From the IMG/VR virus record IMGVR_UViG_2857776322_000004, positions 74,353 to 97,860 of that record: 23,508 nt of DNA; one strand, given 5' to 3'. Source of the DNA: a virus. Below are positions 17,688 to 23,335 of the stretch, in pieces. Each line of letters begins with the position of its first letter. Within the stretch, counting starts at the first letter, position 1. The translations under genes and the position numbers were made by a program. The notes below the pieces were generated by a model. The model did no database searches, was not told the origin of the DNA, and saw only the letters and a program-made list of their open reading frames with translations.

Positions 17688-18844
17688 CCGGACCGTCCTA
17701 CATCCCCGGCGCCGAACGCCTCGGCCCCGACACCGGCGGCTCCATGGACACCCCGAACCTGCCGCCGCGCGCCGTCTGGCACACCGTCGAATCCCCCTCC
17801 GGCAGCGGCTGGTTCACCTCGATGGCGTCCTACCTCAAGCGCGAATCCGTCTGGCCGCAGGTCCTCTACGACCCCGCCTCCGACCGCCTCGGCCAATTCG
17901 CCGCCCTCGACACCAGCGGCCGAGCCCTGCGCAACGACGGCACCTCACGCACCAACCGCACCGGCCGCGTCTGCATCCAGGTCGAGGTGTGCGGACGCGC
18001 CTCCGAACCGTGGACCGACGGCTTCGACCCGGCCGGCAAACCCAACTTCCTGAAGCTGATCGGCGCGATGCGCGCCTGGGGCATCCCCGACACCTGGCCC
18101 GCCGGCGCCCCCCAGCGCTACCCGGGAGACCACGACGACCGCGACCGCGCCACCTGGCTGGGCCGCGGCGGCCACTACGGGCACAGCCAAATCCCCGGCA
18201 ACGACCACGGCGACCCCGGCGCGATCGACACCTCGAAGGTCCCACCGAACGGCACCACCACCCCCGGCGGCGGATCCCCCGGCGGCGTCTCCCGAGCCCA
18301 GGACTCCATCAACGGACTCCTCTACGGCTACGGCGCGCACGGCGACCACGTCACCGCGGTGGGCCGAGCCCTGGTCGCGGCCGGCTTCGGCAGCCACTAC
18401 ACCACCGGACCCGGACCGGACTGGACCGATGCCGACACCCTCAACTACGCCGACTACCAACGCTCGTTGGGATACCGCGGATCCGACGCCGACGGCGTCC
18501 CCGGCGAGGAATCCCTCATCCGCCTCCTCGGAGCCCTGCCCTCCCGCAACGACACGCCGACCGTGTCCCTGTCCAACCTGATCGCCGCCGCCCGCGCCGA
18601 CGTCCCCGCCGCAACCGGCCACCTCACCCACCCCGACGACGTCCTGACCGTGGAGAACGCCCTCGTCGCCGAGGGCCTGCTGGCCTCCTCCTACGCGGAC
18701 GGCTCCTACGGCACCCGGACCGTCTCCGCCTACGCCGCCTGGCAACGCCGCCTCGGCTACTCGGGATCGGACGCCGACGGCTACCCCGGACGAACCTCGC
18801 TGAGCAGGCTCGGCGACGCACACGGATTCAAGGTGACCCCATGA
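17684..18844 (+). CDS. Endolysin: Zn amidase (Amidase_2-like) plus two peptidoglycan-binding domains, 386 aa
   Basis: AVWHTVES, IQVEVCG, HYGHSQIPGNDHGDPG amidase motifs; two YA.(Y/W)QR.LGY.GSDADG.PG..SL.RL repeats. Confidence 0.88.
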   Translation: MTGPSYIPGAERLGPDTGGSMDTPNLPPRAVWHTVESPSGSGWFTSMASYLKRESVWPQVLYDPASDRLGQFAALDTSGRALRNDGTSRTNRTGRVCIQVEVCGRASEPWTDGFDPAGKPNFLKLIGAMRAWGIPDTWPAGAPQRYPGDHDDRDRATWLGRGGHYGHSQIPGNDHGDPGAIDTSKVPPNGTTTPGGGSPGGVSRAQDSINGLLYGYGAHGDHVTAVGRALVAAGFGSHYTTGPGPDWTDADTLNYADYQRSLGYRGSDADGVPGEESLIRLLGALPSRNDTPTVSLSNLIAAARADVPAATGHLTHPDDVLTVENALVAEGLLASSYADGSYGTRTVSAYAAWQRRLGYSGSDADGYPGRTSLSRLGDAHGFKVTP

Positions 18845-19311
18845 CCACGACCATCCCCGGCAAGTACCTCGCCACCCTGGCCGAACGCACCGCAGCGTCC
18901 TTCGTCGAGGCATTCGCGTCCGCGTGGATGGTCGCGGACGCCTACAACCTGAGCACGGCCGAGACCGCCGCCCTGGCCGGCGTCATGGCCGCGCTGACCG
19001 TCCTGCGCGCGGCCCTCACCTCGTTCCTTGGCCACCGCGCCGCCGACCCCACCATCCGCACCGGATACGCCTACGCCGTCGACGTGTTCGAGCGCGTGGC
19101 CGCAACGTTCGCCGAAGCCGGCATCGCCGCACTCCTCCTGGCCGGCACCCTCGACCTCTCGCATGCCCGAGCGGCCGGCTTCGCGGGCCTGACCGCCGCG
19201 CTCTCCGTACTCAAGGCACTCCTCGCCCGCTTCGTGGGCTCCACAGCGACCGCATCGCTGCTCCCCGCCGCCAAGGACCCGGGCACACCGCCCGGGTCGC
19301 GACCGGCCTGA
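18841..19311 (+). CDS. Holin, r1t-like, internally duplicated, 156 aa
   Basis: ATGA coupling to the endolysin; two ER.AA(S/T)F.EA...AAL(T/S)VL(R/K)A.L hydrophobic units. Confidence 0.75.
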   Translation: MTTTIPGKYLATLAERTAASFVEAFASAWMVADAYNLSTAETAALAGVMAALTVLRAALTSFLGHRAADPTIRTGYAYAVDVFERVAATFAEAGIAALLLAGTLDLSHARAAGFAGLTAALSVLKALLARFVGSTATASLLPAAKDPGTPPGSRPA

Positions 19312-19327
19312 GCGGGCGGGTGCTGCC

Positions 19328-19675
19328 ATGCCCGATGAGCTGACCGTCGGAGAGTTGGGCCGATCGATCGACGCCCTCCGCGGCGAACTCCGCGACGGCA
19401 TGGCGGCCCTGAACGCCCGCCTGGACCGCATGGTGACCACCGAGGTGTACGCGGCGCAGAGCGCCCATACCGAATGGCGGATGGCCGAACTCGCCCGCGA
19501 ACTCGAAAAGTTGCGCAACGAGGCGGCGCGCCTCGAGGACGACTTCGAGGCGTACCAGCGGGCCGAGCAGGAACGCCGGGAACGCGACCGGCAGACCCGC
19601 CTGTACTCGGCGATCATCCCGATCCTCCTGGGGGTGCTGGCGGTGGCGGCGACGATATGGGCGGCGATCCGATGA
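19328..19675 (+). CDS. Lysis-cassette membrane protein (coiled coil plus C-terminal TM helix), 115 aa
   Basis: Charged heptad region followed by the hydrophobic stretch [23 protein letters not shown]. Confidence 0.7.
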   Translation: MPDELTVGELGRSIDALRGELRDGMAALNARLDRMVTTEVYAAQSAHTEWRMAELARELEKLRNEAARLEDDFEAYQRAEQERRERDRQTRLYSAIIPILLGVLAVAATIWAAIR

Positions 19676-20295
19676 GCGAACAGGCCCCCACCACGGGCCG
19701 CCGACGCCTTCGCGGCGCCGAATGGCTCGCCGTCGTCACCGTGATCCTCGCCCTCGCCGGCGCGGGATGGCTCGCCGTCCAGGTCGTGCAACTCTCCGCC
19801 GAGCTGCGCGACGCCAACCGAGCACGCGACCAACTCGCCACCCAGGTACAGGGAATGGGCGGCACACCCGTCGCCGGACCACCGGGCAGCCGCGGCGACC
19901 CGGGCAAATCCGGCGAGCAGGGACCGCCCGGGGAACCCGGACGCGACGGAGCCCCCGGAATCGGCGCCACCGGGCCGCCCGGACCACCCGGACCCTCCGG
20001 TCCTCCCGGCTCCCAGGGCGGCGACGGCCGCAACGGCGCCGACGCCACGGGCCCGCCCGGCCCCCCGGGCGCCGACGGCACGACCGGCGCGGCCGGACCC
20101 GCCGGCCCCCAGGGCGAACCCGGGCCTCCGGGGCCGGCAGGCGCAGCGGGGGAGCGGGGCGCCTCCGGCCCGCCGGGCCCGGCCTGCCCGAGCGACTACG
20201 GCCTCGCGACCCCGACCTGGGACCCGAACGCACTCGTGTGCACCCGCACCGCCCCGACCGGCACCCCCACGACCACCGCCGCACGGCGCAGATAG
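19672..20295 (+). CDS. Membrane-anchored collagen-like (Gly-X-Y) protein, 207 aa
   Basis: ATGA coupling; N-terminal TM helix, short coiled coil, interrupted G-X-Y tract, C-terminal Cys pair. Confidence 0.8.
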   Translation: MSEQAPTTGRRRLRGAEWLAVVTVILALAGAGWLAVQVVQLSAELRDANRARDQLATQVQGMGGTPVAGPPGSRGDPGKSGEQGPPGEPGRDGAPGIGATGPPGPPGPSGPPGSQGGDGRNGADATGPPGPPGADGTTGAAGPAGPQGEPGPPGPAGAAGERGASGPPGPACPSDYGLATPTWDPNALVCTRTAPTGTPTTTAARRR

Positions 20296-20299
20296 ACAA

Positions 20300-20346
20300 G
20301 GCGGCCCCTCGACACCCGGCCGGGTGTCGAGGGGCCGCCCTTTCTT
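20300..20346. terminator. Probable bidirectional terminator (40-bp perfect palindrome plus T-rich tail)
   Basis: GGCGGCCCCTCGACACCCGG|CCGGGTGTCGAGGGGCCGCC at 20300-20339, followed by CTTTCTT; lies between convergent genes. Confidence 0.8.
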
Positions 20347-20352
20347 GCGTAC

Positions 20353-20598
20353 TCAGGTCGGCGAGGTCCCCACCAGACGTGCGGCAACCGCCACGGCCGC
20401 GATGCGCGCCACGTCCTCCACCGTGCGCTGCCCCTCGCAGGCATCCCGCAGGAGCCCGGGCGCGCCGGTCGGCACCGATCCGTCCCACGCCTCGACGATC
20501 GCCTCCACCAGATCCGTGCGCACGCCGATTCCGTGAGGCCCGTACACGTAGTCGGGGCGCGGAGGCGCGCCGAACGTGTAGTGGAAGAGGCTGCTCAT
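20353..20598 (-). CDS. Hypothetical protein (~81 aa; alternative start 20652)
   Basis: Fills the gap between the lipoprotein gene and the terminator; protein-like composition; start codon uncertain. Confidence 0.5.
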   Translation of the reverse strand: MSSLFHYTFGAPPRPDYVYGPHGIGVRTDLVEAIVEAWDGSVPTGAPGLLRDACEGQRTVEDVARIAAVAVAARLVGTSPT

Positions 20599-20664
20599 GT
20601 CCCCAGATTCGCAGGTGGGATGGGGCCGCGCATCGCGCTTGCGAGTGAACAAGCACGGTCGCGG

Positions 20665-21267
20665 TCACGACGCGGGCAGAGAGCCCGTCACCACCACGTC
20701 TGGGAACGGGCCGCCGAAGCCCGGTTGCATCGCCACCGTGATCCTGAACGCCGAGGCGACCGGGCCCGGAACGACGTAACCCACCGCGCCGGACCCTGTC
20801 GACCCGGGCGCGACCGAACCCGCGAACGGCTCCTCGCGAACGTTGCCCAGGTCCGTGTAGTTCGCCTTCCCACCAGACGTGGTCCCGACCATGTCGCGGA
20901 CGAACACCTTCGACAGGTCGAACGGCGCCTGCCCCGTGTTCGCCACGGCAACGCGAACCATGACCGGACGCGAACCGGCCGGGATGAACTCGGCGTTGAC
21001 CTGTCCCTCGGGCGTCGAGGCGCGGGCGCCGGTGAACACCGGGACCGGCTGCACGGTCGTGGTGACCTCCAACCCCGGTAGGACGAACGGCTGCCCCAGG
21101 CCCACCGGCGAAGCCTGCGCTGCGGGGATCGTCCCCGGCGGTTCCGTCGGCGCGCCCGGAGCCGGCAGGCCGCTCGTCGACGTCTTCGAACCTCCATCCG
21201 ACGAGCAGGACGCGAGCACGAGCGCGAGCAGCGCCGCGCTGCCTGCGGCGACGGTACGTCTGTACAT
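20665..21267 (-). CDS. Lipoprotein with a beta-rich (DUF4352/Ig-like) domain, 200 aa
   Basis: Signal peptide MYRR...LLALVLAS|C lipobox, Pro-rich linker, V.VANTG..PFD and VAPGST..G.VGY motifs. Confidence 0.75.
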   Translation of the reverse strand: MYRRTVAAGSAALLALVLASCSSDGGSKTSTSGLPAPGAPTEPPGTIPAAQASPVGLGQPFVLPGLEVTTTVQPVPVFTGARASTPEGQVNAEFIPAGSRPVMVRVAVANTGQAPFDLSKVFVRDMVGTTSGGKANYTDLGNVREEPFAGSVAPGSTGSGAVGYVVPGPVASAFRITVAMQPGFGGPFPDVVVTGSLPAS

Positions 21268-21438
21268 GAACCCCCCCGGGTCTTCGGTGCGCGCACGCTA
21301 CCGCCGCTACCTCGAGGACGGGAGGAGGATCATCGAATTGCGACACGCCCGTGGCGCAGTGGTGATCCAGGGCGGGGATCGATCCGGAGCCGCCTGATCC
21401 CTTAGTGGAGGAGTACCACCGAACTGGAGTGTGAACGA

Positions 21439-21483
21439 CGAAGCCCCCGCTGCTGCCTTCGGGCTGCGGCGGGGGCGGCTTCG
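21439..21483 (-). terminator. Stem-loop terminator for the leftward three-gene unit
   Basis: CGAAGCCCCCGC...GCGGGGG(CG)GCTTCG long imperfect stem, about 12 nt past the stop codon at 21496. Confidence 0.65.
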
Positions 21484-21495
21484 TGCTGTCCGGGG

Positions 21496-21987
21496 TCAGG
21501 CGCTGTGTTCGCGAGGGGCGACCGCGTCCAGGTCCCGGACGGCGGTCTGAGCCCTGCGCAGGTCGGCTTCGACCCGTTCCCGCCATGCCTCGATGCGCTG
21601 GCGACGCAGCCGGGCGGGGTCGTCGTTCGGTTCGAGCGGGTGGACCTCGGCGTCGAGGTGTTCGCGGCACACGCGGATGGCGGGTTCGGCCTCGTTGTCG
21701 CAGGTGGGGACCCAGCACAGTTCGGCGACGCTGGTGCCCTCGACGGTGTATCGGGCTCCGCCGGTGGTGAAGGTCTCGCCGTCGGCCTCGACGTCGATGT
21801 GGGGGTTGGCGTGGTAGTCGGAGAGGGCGAGGTGTCCGGCGAGGGCGATGATCACGGTGGCGCTGATCTCGGCGGTGCCGCCGTCGGTGGTGGGGACGTC
21901 GATGCGTCCGCCGGTGGCCGCGCGGGCGAGGTAGCCGGTGCTGTTCGCGGTGATGGCTTCGGTCACGAGGTCGTAGAGCTTGGTCAT
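21496..21987 (-). CDS. Hypothetical protein, 163 aa, with a C-x4-C-x10-C-x2-H motif and C-terminal coiled coil
   Basis: AGGAGGA RBS; ATGA overlap with the HTH gene; begins MTKLYDL within track ORF 21496..22203. Confidence 0.75.
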   Translation of the reverse strand: MTKLYDLVTEAITANSTGYLARAATGGRIDVPTTDGGTAEISATVIIALAGHLALSDYHANPHIDVEADGETFTTGGARYTVEGTSVAELCWVPTCDNEAEPAIRVCREHLDAEVHPLEPNDDPARLRRQRIEAWRERVEADLRRAQTAVRDLDAVAPREHSA

Positions 21988-22223
21988 TGCGGGTCCTCCT
22001 GGGGCGTGGTGTGCAGGTCGGTGCGGGCGCCTTGTCCGGGCCGGTTGGCTTTTGCGTCGCGAACGGCTTGGGCGTTGTAGAGGTTCTGGCCGCCACGGCC
22101 GGGCTGTCGGCCTACGGGTTTGACGCCCCAGCGGCGGAGGGTGACGCGGGCGGAGTCGGGGTTGCCGGCGCGGATGTGGGCGGCGGCTTGGGCGAGGGTC
22201 CACGTCTCGGTAGGTTCGGACAT
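21984..22223 (-). CDS. Small HTH DNA-binding protein, 79 aa (Aca-like candidate)
   Basis: WTLAQAAAHI.....SARVTLRRWG HTH pattern, LY.A..V wing and RPGQGARTDL tail; GGAAGGAG RBS. Confidence 0.75.
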   Translation of the reverse strand: MSEPTETWTLAQAAAHIRAGNPDSARVTLRRWGVKPVGRQPGRGGQNLYNAQAVRDAKANRPGQGARTDLHTTPQEDPQ

Positions 22224-22249
22224 GGTTCGGGCTCCTTCCGAGCCACGCT

Positions 22250-22284
22250 CGGCCCGCTCCCGGGATGCCGCCCGGGGCGGGCCG
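22250..22284 (-). terminator. Strong intergenic hairpin between the 109-aa gene and the HTH gene
   Basis: CGGCCCGC(T)CCCGGG-ATGCCG-CCCGGGGCGGGCCG, a 14-bp stem with one bulge. Confidence 0.6.
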
Positions 22285-22297
22285 TTCGTGTCGTGCG

Positions 22298-22627
22298 TCA
22301 GTTGCGGTTCTCGACCTCGTCCTCGACGCCGTCCTGGGGGTAGGTGGCGGCGAAGGCTTCGCGGATGGCCTGTTCGGCGTTGTCGCTGATGGTGATCCAG
22401 GAATAGGTGTCGAGGTCGCTGGGGTTGTCCTCGGCCAAGTCCGGCCGGATGGGGCGCTTGGAGATGATCGTCGCGCCCTCGCCGTCGATCGCGATGATGT
22501 CCGCGAGGAAGCTGTGGATCGCGTCGTGTGCTTCGCGGTCGCTGCCGACGTATTTGCGCATGTCGTCGAGGAGGTCGTAGGGGTGGATGGTGCGGCCGGT
22601 GCGGTGGCTCGCGATTTCGGTGGTCAT
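22298..22627 (-). CDS. Small acidic hypothetical protein, 109 aa (anti-CRISPR candidate)
   Basis: GAAGGAG RBS; about 23 D/E against 10 K/R by hand count; first gene of the leftward unit. Confidence 0.75.
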   Translation of the reverse strand: MTTEIASHRTGRTIHPYDLLDDMRKYVGSDREAHDAIHSFLADIIAIDGEGATIISKRPIRPDLAEDNPSDLDTYSWITISDNAEQAIREAFAATYPQDGVEDEVENRN

Positions 22628-22680
22628 TGGAGGCTCCTTCTCCGTGTGGGCTTCGGGTGGTCCGTCGGCCTCACATCCCT

Positions 22681-22710
22681 AACCTTGCTACACAGTGAAG
22701 CAAAGTTCAA
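22681..22710 (-). promoter_or_regulatory. Leftward promoter overlapped by a 27-bp imperfect palindromic operator
   Basis: Minus strand TTGAAC-N17-CAAGGT; palindrome AACCTTGCTACAC-A-GTGAAGCAAAGTT at 22681-22707; AT-rich island. Confidence 0.6.
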
Positions 22711-22725
22711 GGGCTTCCCGCCGAT

Positions 22726-22741
22726 TCACCCGAACGGGTGA
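22726..22741. promoter_or_regulatory. 16-bp palindrome matching the Streptomyces BldM-box consensus
   Basis: TCACCCGAACGGGTGA compared with the recalled consensus TCACcCgnncGgGTGA. Confidence 0.55.
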
Positions 22742-22820
22742 GTTCGGCGATCCACTGCACACCCGTCGGGACGACCCGATACGGTCTACATACCGGCACC
22801 GCTTCGGCGGGATCGGTAAC

Positions 22821-22995
22821 CTGCTCCCCGCATCTGCGGGGATGGCCCTGATTACAGGGGCGCCAGGCACTGCTCCCCATGCATATGGGGATGGCCCGGA
22901 TTCGATGGGCAAGCTGCATTGCTCCCCGAGCACTCGGGGATGACCCTGATTGCAGGGGTGCCCGACCTTGTTCCCCGCGCATGCGGGGATGCGAA
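22821..22995 (+). CRISPR. Orphan type I-E-like CRISPR mini-array: 4 repeats, 3 short (20-nt) homologous spacers, 49-nt period
   Basis: Repeats start at 22821 CTGCTCCCCGCATCTGCGGGGATGGCCCT, 22870 CTGCTCCCCATGCATATGGGGATGGCCCG, 22919 TTGCTCCCCGAGCACTCGGGGATGACCCT and 22968 TTGTTCCCCGCGCATGCGGGGATG (3'-degenerate). They resemble the I-E repeat GTGTTCCCCGCGCCAGCGGGGATAAACCG. No cas genes are in the window. Confidence 0.88.
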
Positions 22996-23003
22996 GCCCC
23001 ACC

Positions 23004-23025
23004 GCCTCACGGTGGTGAGGCTTTT
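23004..23025 (+). terminator. Intrinsic terminator closing the mini-array transcript
   Basis: GCCTCAC-GGTG-GTGAGGC-TTTT immediately after repeat 4. Confidence 0.7.
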
Positions 23026-23028
23026 GTG

Positions 23029-23056
23029 CTGTCCACACCCGGCCCGGTTGTCCACA
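23029..23056 (+). promoter_or_regulatory. Two direct DnaA-box-like 9-mers
   Basis: CTGTCCACA (23029-23037) and TTGTCCACA (23048-23056; the actinomycete consensus). Confidence 0.4.
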
Positions 23057-23137
23057 GGCCGGCCGCCGCCCACCCGCCCGGGTCCCGCCTCCCGCCACGC
23101 TCTCCCCACGGGCCGCCCGGCCCACGGAGGAGGCGTC

Positions 23138-23335
23138 GTGTGGGATCTGGTGTGCGCGCTGGTCGGCGCGGCGGGCTCGGTGGCGGCGGCCTGGGTGGCT
23201 ACTCGCCCTCGGCCTGTCGTGTCTGGTGGTCGGCGAGCGGTGTGCTGTCGTGGGTGTCGTGCATCCGTGCGACGCTACCCGCCGGTCCGACACTGCCCGG
23301 GTCGGTGCGGCCTTCAGCGAATGCTGTACTCGTAG
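23138..23335 (+). CDS. Possible small membrane peptide, 65 aa, with a Cys/Arg-rich tail
   Basis: GGAGGAGG 4 nt before GTG 23138; hydrophobic N-terminus WDLVCALVGAAGSVAAAWVA. Codon usage is atypical and it overlaps the convergent ORF by 22 nt. Confidence 0.4.
   Translation: MWDLVCALVGAAGSVAAAWVATRPRPVVSGGRRAVCCRGCRASVRRYPPVRHCPGRCGLQRMLYS

Noticed and set aside
19672-20295. Collagen-like protein as a tail fibre
   Set aside because: It has an N-terminal TM helix and lies in the lysis cassette rather than the tail module.
20300-20339. Palindrome as a protelomerase (hairpin telomere) site
   Set aside because: GC-rich, placed between convergent stop codons with a T-rich tail, and no protelomerase gene is in view.
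21360-21400. GATC-rich imperfect hairpin upstream of the lipoprotein gene as a structured ncRNA or att site
   Set aside because: Pairing is irregular, no second copy or tRNA similarity is visible, and there is no integrase in the window.
22799-22813. CCGC-TTCG-GCGG-GAT as a fifth degenerate repeat
   Set aside because: Out of the 49-nt register and lacks the TGCTCCCC start; better explained as a 5' UUCG hairpin.
22821-22995. A canonical adaptive CRISPR-Cas locus
   Set aside because: No cas genes in the window, no typical leader, non-identical repeats, and 20-nt mutually homologous spacers. cas genes beyond 23508 cannot be excluded.
22688-23293. ORFs crossing the mini-array (22688..23293 -, 22695..22943 +, 22707..22982 -, 5' part of 22919..23335 +)
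   Set aside because: No RBS, atypical codon usage, and a 49-nt period incompatible with a protein repeat; the region is better explained as non-coding RNA.
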